Below, in pieces: positions 28,972 through 38,086 of a stretch of 64,000 nt of DNA (the stretch's first letter is position 1; each line of letters starts with the position of its first letter). The stretch is from Abditibacteriaceae bacterium (GTDB lineage: Bacteria > Armatimonadota > Abditibacteriia > Abditibacteriales > Abditibacteriaceae): positions 640,001-704,000 of the forward strand of contig OZ255721.1 of NCBI GenBank assembly GCA_965277285.1, read 5' to 3'. A program made the position numbers and the translations under genes. The notes under the pieces are model-generated. The model had not been told where the DNA came from. It did no database searches and saw nothing but the letters and a program-made list of their open reading frames with translations.

Positions 28972-29939
28972 TTTTGGGCAAGTTCATGCCGCTGACAACT
29001 GGCCATTGTCACCTGATTGAAGCAGCGCAACGAGCAAGCAAAAATCTGACGATCTTGGTTTGCTCGCTACTCAATGAACCAATCAACGGGCATTTGCGCT
29101 ATGAATGGGTGCGCGATACTTTTCCCGACGCGAACGTGATTCACGTAACGGACGAAGTACCCAGTTTTCCGCATCAGCATCCCGATTTCTGGCTTATCTG
29201 GCGCGACTTGGTTCGTCGTTATGCACCCAACGTTGATGCGCTTTTTACGTCAGAAGATTACGGCGAAACGCTGGCTCGGGTACTCGGAATCGCGCACGTT
29301 GAGGTGGACAAAGCGCGTGTGACAGTTCCCGTTTCCGCGACGCAAGTGCGTCAAAATCCGCTTGGGAACTGGCCGTTTATTCCGCCGACCGTTCGTCCGT
29401 ATTTCGTCAAACGCGTGCTGGTTTATGGGCCTGAATCAACGGGAAAAACAACGCTGTGCCGCCAACTGGCGCAGCAGTTTCAAACCGTCTGGGTGCCGGA
29501 GTTTGCGCGCGGTTTCTACGACCTTAAAGGTATCAAGAACGCGTGTTACGAAGATGTTGAGCGTATTGCGTTTGGGCAACAGGAAAGCGAGGAACGCCTC
29601 GCGCGTGACGCCAATCGTTTGCTGTTTTGCGACACGGACGCCATCACAACGACGATTTACTCGCGCCATTATTACGGGAAAACACCGCTTTTGTTGTCGC
29701 GTCTGGCCAATCAACGGCGATACGATTTGGTTTTATTTACCGATATTGATTTAAGGTGGGAAAGCGATCCACAACGAGATTTAGGTCATCGGCGCGAAGA
29801 ATATCGAGAGATTTTTGCGCAGGAATTAGGCTCGCGCCGCATTCCGTTCGTGACTATTCGCGGAACTGGAAGTGCGCGTTTGCAAGCCGCTATTGACGCA
29901 GTTATAGAAAATCTTGGCGTTATGTTTAACGAACCCTGA
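28920..29939 (+). CDS. nadR: NadR-like NMN adenylyltransferase / ribosylnicotinamide kinase (no HTH domain)
   Basis: GKFMPLTTGH, FTSEDYG, VSAT.VR, GPESTGKTTL, PEFAR, LFCDTD; start uncertain. Confidence 0.88.
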   Translation: MEQNAEKSNASIANHGLVLGKFMPLTTGHCHLIEAAQRASKNLTILVCSLLNEPINGHLRYEWVRDTFPDANVIHVTDEVPSFPHQHPDFWLIWRDLVRRYAPNVDALFTSEDYGETLARVLGIAHVEVDKARVTVPVSATQVRQNPLGNWPFIPPTVRPYFVKRVLVYGPESTGKTTLCRQLAQQFQTVWVPEFARGFYDLKGIKNACYEDVERIAFGQQESEERLARDANRLLFCDTDAITTTIYSRHYYGKTPLLLSRLANQRRYDLVLFTDIDLRWESDPQRDLGHRREEYREIFAQELGSRRIPFVTIRGTGSARLQAAIDAVIENLGVMFNEP

Positions 29940-30019
29940 GCGTTAGCGACGGGTGAAATATAAGAGTCACAACGAACTACTACTATTCACCCGTCGCTTA
30001 CGCTTCGGGTTCGTTAAAC
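29924..30019. repeat. REP doublet, same family (copy 2), overlapping the nadR stop
   Basis: GTTTAACGAACCCTGAGCGTTAGCGACGGGTGAA ... TTCACCCGTCGCTTACGCTTCGGGTTCGTTAAAC. Confidence 0.85.
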
Positions 30020-30053
30020 GTAGGATCGAGTACTCGAAGCGCACCTTTGACAA

Positions 30054-30980
30054 TTATTTTCCGGCGAGTTCTGCTTTGTTATTGTGTTGATTTGCGAGTA
30101 TTTCGTCGGCCAAGGCTTTCATTTCCGGCACATCGCGCCATGAATGTTGAGCGACAAATCCCAGCACTTCTTCGGCGTGGCGCGTGTCATACAAAACGCC
30201 GTCCGGTGCGAGGTTTTCGACGCTCTGGCTGAATTGTGGATAATGTTCGCGCACCAGTTCGCGGATGTCATACGGCGTCCACGAATCGCGCGCCGAAATG
30301 ATGAGGCAATGATGACCTTCGACGTCGGCTTCGATGCCCAAGCGAAAAGCGCGCGCCGTATCGCGTTCGTCGATATACGTCCAGAACTCGTTCGATTTGT
30401 GCTTGTTCGAGTACTCGAACATACGCATAAACCACGGCGGCATTTCACTCGAAATGTGGCGCACGGCGGTCAAGCGCAAACAAATCGTCGTCATGCCGCA
30501 CCGCCGCGTATAAGTTGCCGCGGTTTCTTCATTGCACAATTTTGACAGTCCGTAAAGGTCTTGCGGCAGGCGCGGATGGTTGTCATCGACCGGCAAATAC
30601 TGCGGATCGAACGGGTGCTTGGGAAACACCATGCCGAAAGCGCAACACGACGAAGCCAAAACAACGCGCTGGATACCGTGCGCTTCCGCCGCCGCCAGAA
30701 CATACTGCGTACCCGCGACATTTACGTTGGTCAAGATTTCGTCGTTGTGCGGGCTGGGATTGGGAAGCGCCGCCAGATGAACTATCGCCTGGCAACCGCG
30801 CGCCGCACGCAAGAGCGCCAAACGGTCGGTGATGTTTTCGTACCAGACTTCGCAGCGTTCGCGCGCATCGTCCGGCAAAGGGTTTTTGTCCAGTGCGACA
30901 ACTTCGTGTCCTGCATCCAGCAATTCGCGCGTCACGCACGCGCCGACGCGCCCCGACGCGCCCGTCACTAAAACTCGCAT
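30054..30980 (-). CDS. NAD-dependent epimerase/dehydratase (extended SDR)
   Basis: MRVLVTGASGRVG, HLAA, NVAGT, YGLSK. Confidence 0.92.
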   Translation of the reverse strand: MRVLVTGASGRVGACVTRELLDAGHEVVALDKNPLPDDARERCEVWYENITDRLALLRAARGCQAIVHLAALPNPSPHNDEILTNVNVAGTQYVLAAAEAHGIQRVVLASSCCAFGMVFPKHPFDPQYLPVDDNHPRLPQDLYGLSKLCNEETAATYTRRCGMTTICLRLTAVRHISSEMPPWFMRMFEYSNKHKSNEFWTYIDERDTARAFRLGIEADVEGHHCLIISARDSWTPYDIRELVREHYPQFSQSVENLAPDGVLYDTRHAEEVLGFVAQHSWRDVPEMKALADEILANQHNNKAELAGK

Positions 30981-31171
30981 TCTGTTCCTTGTTTGTAAAA
31001 AGTTTGTAAAAAAGTTGGGAATTAAAACCGCAAGCGCCATAAATTTGGCGTAGGTTTCAACCGAAAAGTTCAACTTCGGATACTTGAGTTTGCGCGGTTG
31101 AACACCAAGATTCAAGCACTTTCCGAGTACTCGAATGCGAAACTTGCACAGAAGTTCGGGTTTCAAGAGTC

Positions 31172-31450
31172 TTAAAGCCTATTGGTTGTTCGTCTTCGAC
31201 TCAGCCAATAAACCACAACTGAACTTAATCCGGCGAACTTGAAATTTGGATCGATGTATTTTTCGATGACATAAAATGCGAAATAATACAGTCGGCAAAA
31301 TGCCCAAATCGCCAGCAACAATAACACGGCGTCGCGCCAATTCGAGTACTCGATGAGTAGCGTGACGACGCACATGACACCGATGACAGCGAATAAAATG
31401 GCTTTGAGATACATCCATTTCGCATTTTGCAAATCGCCCGTGATTTTCAT
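31172..31450 (-). CDS. Small membrane hypothetical protein
   Basis: Hydrophobic ORF with YLKAILF...IWAFCRLYYFAFYVIEKYIDP.FKFAGL. Confidence 0.7.
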   Translation of the reverse strand: MKITGDLQNAKWMYLKAILFAVIGVMCVVTLLIEYSNWRDAVLLLLAIWAFCRLYYFAFYVIEKYIDPNFKFAGLSSVVVYWLSRRRTTNRL

Positions 31451-31565
31451 AATTCGAGTTTGTGGCAGCGCCATCCAAACTTCAATTGGATTTTTCCTGT
31501 GAGCTGAGCAAATGGACGTTTCTTTACGTGACGAAATTGGTCGTATATCCGTTACAATACGAACC

Positions 31566-32282
31566 ATGAAAATCTTTGTGCCGCGCCTTCGAATACTTGT
31601 TCCTTTTCTTATGTGTGTTGTGGCTTCACTTGTCGTTGTAGGATGTCGTCAACAAACGTCCGCGCCACCGCCGCCGTTGGATCGTTTTCAACAGCCGCAA
31701 ACAAATCCTCGCGCGAATCCACAAATGAATCCTAACGGCGGCTTACCAAATGGTGGGCTTCCCAATGGCGATCAAGGCTCGGGCGGCTTCAACATGAACG
31801 CGCCAATTTTGCCTAATTCCCAAATGACGCCCGGCGATACCTTGGACGTTACGGTCGCAGACATCGCGGTGCCAGGTTACACGAAAAAAGTGCGCAATGT
31901 TCCGTCGTCTGTGAAAAAACAGGTTTATGCGGAATATGGCATTGCATCGCGTTTGCCCAAGGAATATGAAGTCGATCACTTGATTTCGCTGGAGTTGGGC
32001 GGCAGCAATTCGGTGCGCAATTTGTGGCCGCAATCCTATCAAACGCAGCCGTGGAACGCTTATGTCAAAGACGAACTGGAAAACGAATTGCATCGCCTGG
32101 TCGTCAGCGGTCAGATGGATCTGCCAACCGCGCAACACATGATTGCCACCAATTGGATCGCGGCTTACCAGCAAGTTTTTCACACACAGTTGCCGTTGAA
32201 AAATCACTTGCGCACCGCGTCCGGTCATCGCCGCTATAAAAATGAGGCTCCTTTTCAGGATGCCGATGGAGATTCCCCATGA
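31566..32282 (+). CDS. Putative lipoprotein with HNH-like nuclease motif
   Basis: Lipobox-like VVVGC, P/Q/N/G-rich linker, YEVDHLISLELGGSN...NLWPQ, KD.LEN.LH. Confidence 0.75.
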   Translation: MKIFVPRLRILVPFLMCVVASLVVVGCRQQTSAPPPPLDRFQQPQTNPRANPQMNPNGGLPNGGLPNGDQGSGGFNMNAPILPNSQMTPGDTLDVTVADIAVPGYTKKVRNVPSSVKKQVYAEYGIASRLPKEYEVDHLISLELGGSNSVRNLWPQSYQTQPWNAYVKDELENELHRLVVSGQMDLPTAQHMIATNWIAAYQQVFHTQLPLKNHLRTASGHRRYKNEAPFQDADGDSP

Positions 32283-32767
32283 GTCCAAACCACAAATTGA
32301 CCAGTGTCATTCAAGGTCGCACCATTGTTGGAACCTCGAACGCTGATGGCAAAATGACGATTACCTTCGACGACGGCTCAACGATGCACATCAAAACCGG
32401 CGATTCGAGTACTGGAAACGCGTCGGTGTCAACTCCAGGCAATCCAACGCCGAATCCGCAACTACAAGAGCAAGTGTCGCCCGATGTGAAGCGCAACGAT
32501 GTTTATCGCAACTTTCAGTGGAACGAAAACAAATTCAACAGCGATGTATCGCGTTCCAATTTCGGCGACCAACAGACTCCGCTTGATGCTCCAAATGTCG
32601 CTTCCAACAGTGCCTCAAGCGGCGGCACGGTGAAAGCGGTTTTGCAGGGCGGCACGACGATGACGCTGCAGTTTGAAGACGGCAGCGACATGAACATTCC
32701 ACTCGCCGAAGCCACTTCCAGCGTCATGCTGCGCGACAAAAACAGCGTCATGGAATATGCGGATTGA
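32279..32767 (+). CDS. Hypothetical protein with two related beta-hairpin segments
   Basis: MTITFDDGSTMHI vs MTLQFEDGSDMNI; ATGA overlap with the upstream gene. Confidence 0.7.
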   Translation: MSPNHKLTSVIQGRTIVGTSNADGKMTITFDDGSTMHIKTGDSSTGNASVSTPGNPTPNPQLQEQVSPDVKRNDVYRNFQWNENKFNSDVSRSNFGDQQTPLDAPNVASNSASSGGTVKAVLQGGTTMTLQFEDGSDMNIPLAEATSSVMLRDKNSVMEYAD

Positions 32768-32773
32768 ACCAGC

Positions 32774-33103
32774 ATGAAACTCAATGTTGAAGAGATTCAC
32801 GAGCTTTGCGAAGCCGTCAGGCTTTTTGAAGAAAAAACGATAACCGTGTATGAATCGTTGACCTGCGATAGGCGAGAAGGTCACAATCGCCATTTCACAA
32901 CCTATACTTCTTTCTCATTTCACGTTGGACGTGTCGGCATTGCTATTAGCGGCGCTCAACTGATTTTCTCCGGCGCGCAGTGTTGCTACGGTATTGGTGT
33001 GGATAACGTTGTGAGTTTTGAAAAAATCGAAAACGGTTTGGAAATTGTCGAGCAGTTCGAGCAGAAGACCGAACGTTTGACAACAATCAAGATAACCGAG
33101 TGA
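32774..33103 (+). CDS. Hypothetical protein (lower GC)
   Basis: 109-aa ORF tightly spaced in the same gene run. Confidence 0.6.
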   Translation: MKLNVEEIHELCEAVRLFEEKTITVYESLTCDRREGHNRHFTTYTSFSFHVGRVGIAISGAQLIFSGAQCCYGIGVDNVVSFEKIENGLEIVEQFEQKTERLTTIKITE

Positions 33104-33110
33104 GATTATC

Positions 33111-33548
33111 ATGCAACTTCTGCGCAGCGATGGAAACGGGCGAACACTCGAAGAGGATTATTTGCAGTTGCTACAAAGTTATGGACATAACTCCGATGTT
33201 GAAGAAACCATCAACGATATGTTGAAGCTCGTCAGGGAATTGGAAAAGATTGCTTATCCTATTCAATGGGCGACGGTTTCGCACTTCGCTTTCTACATCA
33301 CGGAACTCGACACATGGTTCCCCGAAATGATCAGAGTAGATGTGCAGCCATCAGAGGAAGGTTATAGAATCAAGTACAGAACGAAAAGAAAAATAAAGAC
33401 AAACGAAGATTTTGAAAACTCTTTTACAACCGTCCTTGCAAAAAGTGTCGCTCAAGCTGTTGAGGCCGTAGAACACGCTCTTCAACACGCGGAACGAAAT
33501 CTTCAAACCGAAAGTTGGCGAATGCAGCACCTGCTAAAACCCAAGTGA
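33111..33548 (+). CDS. Hypothetical protein (lower GC)
   Basis: 145-aa ORF ending exactly where the palindromic terminator starts. Confidence 0.65.
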   Translation: MQLLRSDGNGRTLEEDYLQLLQSYGHNSDVEETINDMLKLVRELEKIAYPIQWATVSHFAFYITELDTWFPEMIRVDVQPSEEGYRIKYRTKRKIKTNEDFENSFTTVLAKSVAQAVEAVEHALQHAERNLQTESWRMQHLLKPK

Positions 33549-33584
33549 AACGCGCGCCTATCGAGTACTCGATAGGCGCGCGTT
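33549..33584. terminator. Perfect 36-bp palindrome centred on TCGAGTACTCGA between convergent genes
   Basis: AACGCGCGCCTATCGAGT|ACTCGATAGGCGCGCGTT. Confidence 0.7.
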
Positions 33585-33603
33585 GTTCGTCTGGAACCTC
33601 GAT

Positions 33604-35169
33604 TTACAGCACATTCAAATAGCGATCCAGTTCGTATTGGTGAACTTGGGCGCGATAGGTTTCCCATTCCAGCTTTTTGTTGTCCAGAAACTTCTCGAAC
33701 AAGTTATCGCCCAGAACGCGGCGCGCCAGTTCGCTTTCGCGGGCGGCGCGGATCGCTTCGTTCAAGTCGGACGGCAAAACTTCGACGCCGGCTTCCTTGC
33801 GCTCGGCTGTGCTCATCTGGTGAATGCCACCGACGACTTCGGGAATCGGATAATCGTTTTTGATGCCCTCTAAACCCGCCGCCAAAAGCAGCGCGAAGAC
33901 CAGATACGGATTGCAAGCCGGGTCGGGCGAGCGATATTCGACGCGGCGACTGGATTCGCGGCCTGGCTTGAAAGCGGGAACGCGCACCAGATCGGCACGA
34001 TTGCGCATCGCCCACGTCACGCGCGTCGGCGCTTCAAAGCCGGGCACCAGACGTTTATACGAGTTCACCCATTGGTTGGTAAAAAGCGTCAGTTCGCGCG
34101 CGTGGCGCAGCAAACCCGCGATGTATTTGCGCGCGGTTTCGCTCAAGTGGTCGGGATCGTTGGCGTCGTAAAAGGCGTTGCGCGCGCCGCGAAACAAGCT
34201 CATATTGATGTGCATTCCGCTGCCGTTTTGTCCCGACGCGGGTTTGGGCATGAACGTCGCGTAATAGCCTTCTTCGTGCGCGACTTCTTTGATGACAAGG
34301 CGAAACGTCATCAGCGAATCGGCCATCGTCAACGCATCGGAGTAACGCAAATCAATTTCGTGCTGGCTGGGCGCGCCTTCATGGTGACTTGATTCCACAC
34401 CGATATCCATCTGTTCCAGCATCAAAACCGATTTGCGTCGCGCGCCCGATGCCACATCAAGAGGCGTCAGGTCGAAGTAACCACCGGCATCCAAAGGTTC
34501 GGCGCCTTGAGTTTGGCCGTCGCGCGGGCGCTGAAAATAGAAAAACTCGACTTCGGGGCCAACATAAAAAGTGAAACCCATTTCCGCGGCGGCTTTGAGT
34601 TGCTTTTTCAGGATGTGGCGCGGATCGGTTTCCGCTGGCTTTCCGTCCGGCTGGCGGATGTCGCAAAACAAGCGCGCGACCGAGCCGCCTTCGACGGGCC
34701 GAAACGGCAGCATAGCGAAAGTGTTCGGGTCGGGGACGGCGATCATGTCGCTTTCGTCTTCGCGCGCGAAACCTTCGATCACGCTGCCATCGAAAGTGAC
34801 ACCTTCGGCCAGCGCCGATTCGAGTTCTTCGGCGGTAATCGCGGTGCTTTTCAGAATTCCCAGAATGTCGGTGAACCACAATCGCACGAACTTGACGTTG
34901 CGGTCGCGCGCGGCTTTGAGAACGAATTCGCGCGAATGTTGCTCGGCCTGAGCTTTGGCGGCGGCGGACATTTTCATATCGTCTTCATCGGAAAGAGGGG
35001 AAGGTTCCACGTTCACGGTTTCAACTTGGGACGTCGCAGCAAGCGCCTTTTTCGTCTTTCGAGTACTCGATTTGCGCGGAGCGGCGGCTGCAACTTCTTC
35101 GTGAGGTGATTCGGCAGAGACGGTTTCGAGAGGCGATGTTTTGGAGGAACGCGTCGAGCGAGCGGGCAT
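33604..35169 (-). CDS. glnA: Glutamine synthetase type I (GSI-alpha-like) with N-terminal low-complexity extension
   Basis: VRLWFTDILG.LK, FDGS.IEGF, HHE.APSQHEID, ATFMPKP..G.NGSGMH, NSYKRLVPGFEAP, EYRSPDPACNPYL; ATG at 35169 with GGAG. Confidence 0.95.
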   Translation of the reverse strand: MPARSTRSSKTSPLETVSAESPHEEVAAAAPRKSSTRKTKKALAATSQVETVNVEPSPLSDEDDMKMSAAAKAQAEQHSREFVLKAARDRNVKFVRLWFTDILGILKSTAITAEELESALAEGVTFDGSVIEGFAREDESDMIAVPDPNTFAMLPFRPVEGGSVARLFCDIRQPDGKPAETDPRHILKKQLKAAAEMGFTFYVGPEVEFFYFQRPRDGQTQGAEPLDAGGYFDLTPLDVASGARRKSVLMLEQMDIGVESSHHEGAPSQHEIDLRYSDALTMADSLMTFRLVIKEVAHEEGYYATFMPKPASGQNGSGMHINMSLFRGARNAFYDANDPDHLSETARKYIAGLLRHARELTLFTNQWVNSYKRLVPGFEAPTRVTWAMRNRADLVRVPAFKPGRESSRRVEYRSPDPACNPYLVFALLLAAGLEGIKNDYPIPEVVGGIHQMSTAERKEAGVEVLPSDLNEAIRAARESELARRVLGDNLFEKFLDNKKLEWETYRAQVHQYELDRYLNVL

Positions 35170-35239
35170 GAAAACTCCAGATCCGAACGCGATATGAGGC
35201 GCCAAAGCGGAGCACAAAAGCGATTCGGGTGAGAAAGGT

Positions 35240-35292
35240 AAATAAAAGCGAGCGAGGTTCAGCTTGCACTGAGACATCGCTCGCTTTTATTT
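35240..35292. terminator. Terminator-like hairpin upstream of glnA
   Basis: AAATAAAAGCGAGCGA ... TCGCTCGCTTTTATTT. Confidence 0.7.
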
Positions 35293-35363
35293 TAACTCAA
35301 GACTGCAGAGTTTTCGCGCTCTTTGCAGGACGCCTTGTTATTGCTCGTTGTTACCACACGTTG

Positions 35364-36263
35364 TTATTGACCGCCAGTTTTGGAGGGAGCCGCCGCCGGA
35401 CCCGTGGTCGGTGTTGAGGGCGGAGCGGGCGCTGGTGCAGCCGGGCCGCCGAAGTTGTAGTCGAAACCAACGTAAACCTGGTTGCGATTTGGGAGTACCG
35501 AACTATCGTTGTAGTGGATGTAACCGATCTGCACATCGGACTGCGAGTTGATGTTGTACAGCAAGCTGGGCGAAAGCGTACTGATCGTCGAGCGTCCCGA
35601 GTAATAATCGACCAGGAACTGCAGTTTGTTGTTGTGGAAACTGCGGTCATAGCCCAGTTGCAAGTAGGTGCGGTCGCCGTGGCCAGCGGGCGTTGTGATG
35701 GCCACACGGTTGGCCAGCGACTGCGCGACGCCCAAATGGATGCGCCCAAAGGTGAAAGCCTTGGAACCGAGCAGGTAAATGACATCGGCGGGGAAAAGCG
35801 TGTTGCCCGTTGTCTGGTTGCCGCGTGCGCCCAGCAGCCAGGTTCCTGCCACAACGCGCGTGCCTTGCTTATCGTTGTTATAAAGCTGGGTCTTGCCATT
35901 TAGCAGAAATCGATTGCCGAGGCTAATGCTTGAAGCGAAAGCCGAGCCGCCCGTGACGTAATCGAAACCGATTTCGTTGCGACCAAACGCTTTCGATGTG
36001 TCAGGGCCGACACCGTAAGTCAGGCCCAACGAGGTCGAGGCCGAGCTTTTAGAATGGCCGGTGTCGAGGTAGTTGCTCGAGTTCAGGTGAGTGGTGTCCA
36101 TGCCCTGAATGTCGGTCGACGGGTAAAACATCAGCGAAGTCGGAATGGCTGCCGCCGGCTTCATGCTCGCCAGAGTTCCGGCAACGACCAGCGCCGCCGT
36201 CCCCAAAGTCGCGGCTTTACGAGCCGTTTTCGTCCAGTTCGTCAAATCAAAGTTGTTGCGCAA
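35364..36263 (-). CDS. Secreted, probable outer-membrane beta-barrel-like protein with Pro/Ala/Thr tail
   Basis: Signal peptide ending PAAA, alternating aromatic beta strands, VYVGFDYNF; TTG start after GGAGG. Confidence 0.7.
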   Translation of the reverse strand: MRNNFDLTNWTKTARKAATLGTAALVVAGTLASMKPAAAIPTSLMFYPSTDIQGMDTTHLNSSNYLDTGHSKSSASTSLGLTYGVGPDTSKAFGRNEIGFDYVTGGSAFASSISLGNRFLLNGKTQLYNNDKQGTRVVAGTWLLGARGNQTTGNTLFPADVIYLLGSKAFTFGRIHLGVAQSLANRVAITTPAGHGDRTYLQLGYDRSFHNNKLQFLVDYYSGRSTISTLSPSLLYNINSQSDVQIGYIHYNDSSVLPNRNQVYVGFDYNFGGPAAPAPAPPSTPTTGPAAAPSKTGGQ

Positions 36264-36536
36264 GTGCAACACCTCCATAAGAAGTTGCGTTTTGGATGAT
36301 GGACGCTTTGAACCGCTTTGATTTGGACTGTGGCCGTGTTTCCAGCCGAATCGTGGGCAGCGCATTGCGTTCTCTTCCGCACGCTGCCCCAAACTATAAC
36401 GATTGCGTGTTTCGCGCAAGTTTCCGATGCGAAAAATAAACGTGTCGCGGAAATGACAAAAGCGCACATCGCGTACTGTTTCGAGTACTCGATATGCACT
36501 TTCTGCGATGGGAAACCGAGATTTAGATGCTCACAA

Positions 36537-36662
36537 GCCCGCCCATGAATGAGCGGGCTGAATGCACAAGCATCCGCCCAAAGGGCACCCGAATGGCGCT
36601 CAATCATAACTGTCAGCGCCTCTCAGGGTTTTAACTATCAGCCCGCTCATTCATGGGCGGGC
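36537..36662. repeat. REP doublet, perfect 25-bp arms
   Basis: GCCCGCCCATGAATGAGCGGGCTGA ... TCAGCCCGCTCATTCATGGGCGGGC. Confidence 0.85.
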
Positions 36663-36704
36663 GCCTCAATAATTCGCAACTGAGATTGGGACAGCACAAT
36701 ATCT

Positions 36705-36897
36705 TAACCCAAGTTGCCACCTAACTATTGCCTGCGAGTGAACTCGCGTCTGAACGACTTACGCCGGAGTGTCGGCCTGCGCCGACGCCAGAGATAGAGT
36801 CCTTTCAATGTTGCGTCGGCGCAGGCCGCCGCTGCCGCCGCAGGCGGTTGAGCAGCGAGTTTACTCGCAGGCAATAGTTAGGTGGCAACTTGGGTTA
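36705..36897. repeat. MITE-like nested inverted repeat with 43-bp outer arms
   Basis: TAACCCAAGTTGCCACCTAACTATTGCCTGCGAGTGAACTCGC ... GCGAGTTTACTCGCAGGCAATAGTTAGGTGGCAACTTGGGTTA; inner IR CGGCCTGCGCCGACGC / GCGTCGGCGCAGGCCG. Confidence 0.85.
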
Positions 36898-36899
36898 TC

Positions 36900-38069
36900 T
36901 TATTGCAATTGATACAACGTGTTGCGACGTTTCGGTTCGTAACCAGCTTCGCGGATCAAGCGCTCGATTTCTGAAATCGGCATCACGAAATCTGTTCCGG
37001 CTGCGCTAACGACGTTTTCTTCCATCATCGTCGAGCCGAAATCGTCCAGCCCATAATTCAAGCCGATTTGCGCGATCTTCGGGCCTTGCGTCACCCAACT
37101 CGCCTGATGATGCGGAATGTTGTCCAGCATCAAGCGCGCCACAGCAATCGTGCGCAAATAATCGAATCCAGTGGCTTTGCGCCAATTCGGATTGGAGGCC
37201 ATAATCTGGTTGCCCAAAGGCGTGCCGTCCGGCTGAAAGTTCCACGCGATGAACGCGGTGAATCCGCCGCTGGTGTTGGTCAGGCTTTCGTCTTGTGCAG
37301 CACGCGTGCGAAGAATGTGTTCCAGACGTTCTTCAGGTGTTTCGACCGTGCCATACATCATCGTTACAGTCGAAAAGCCGCCCAGCTTGTGCCACAATTG
37401 CATCGTTTGCAGCCATTCGTCGGTCGTGTCTTTATACGGCGCGATGACTTTACGAACGCGGTCAACTAACATTTCGGCACCGGCGCCTGGAATCGTTTTT
37501 AAGCCCGCATTGCGCAAACGTGTCAAGCATTCTTCAAGTGAAATGCGCGAAATTTTAGCGATGTAAAGAATCTCTGCAACACTAAGTGCATGAAGCCAGA
37601 CTGTCGGGAACTTTTGCGTAATGGAACTGAACAAATCTTCGTAATACTCGATGCGCAACTTCGGGTTCAAGCCACCTTGCAAAAGAATTTCGATGCCGCC
37701 CAGATCGACCATTACCTGTGTCTTGCGGAAGATTTCTTCTTTGGCCAGCGTATAGGCGCCGTCCTTGTTGGGCAGGCGATAGAAGGCGCAAAATGAGCAT
37801 TGAACCCAACACGTATTGGTGTAATTGATGTTGCGGCCCGCGATGTAAGTGACAACGCGCCCCGGATTCTGGCGCTGACGCACTTCATCCGCCAAAATCC
37901 CCAACTCGGCCAAATTCGGATGACGCATCAAGCGCAAACCGTCGTCAAAAGACAAACGTTCGCCATCGTAAACTTTTTGCGCGATGTCATCAATCGAGGG
38001 ATGAGCAACGAACGATGCGGGACAAGTTAGCGCTTTTTGAGTTGGTGCATCCAGCAATTGAGTACTCAT
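36900..38069 (-). CDS. mqnC: Cyclic dehypoxanthine futalosine synthase (radical SAM)
   Basis: RNINYTN.C...CSFCAFYR, LLQGG, IPGAGAE, GGFTAFIAW.FQP, QASWVTQG, DFGSTMMEENVVSAAG. Confidence 0.92.
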   Translation of the reverse strand: MSTQLLDAPTQKALTCPASFVAHPSIDDIAQKVYDGERLSFDDGLRLMRHPNLAELGILADEVRQRQNPGRVVTYIAGRNINYTNTCWVQCSFCAFYRLPNKDGAYTLAKEEIFRKTQVMVDLGGIEILLQGGLNPKLRIEYYEDLFSSITQKFPTVWLHALSVAEILYIAKISRISLEECLTRLRNAGLKTIPGAGAEMLVDRVRKVIAPYKDTTDEWLQTMQLWHKLGGFSTVTMMYGTVETPEERLEHILRTRAAQDESLTNTSGGFTAFIAWNFQPDGTPLGNQIMASNPNWRKATGFDYLRTIAVARLMLDNIPHHQASWVTQGPKIAQIGLNYGLDDFGSTMMEENVVSAAGTDFVMPISEIERLIREAGYEPKRRNTLYQLQ

Positions 38070-38086
38070 TTTTGTATTTCCTTACT

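Noticed and set aside
28975..29010. NadR motif reading TTGH instead of HxGH as an inactivating change
   Set aside because: (T/H)xGH is the accepted nucleotidyltransferase signature.
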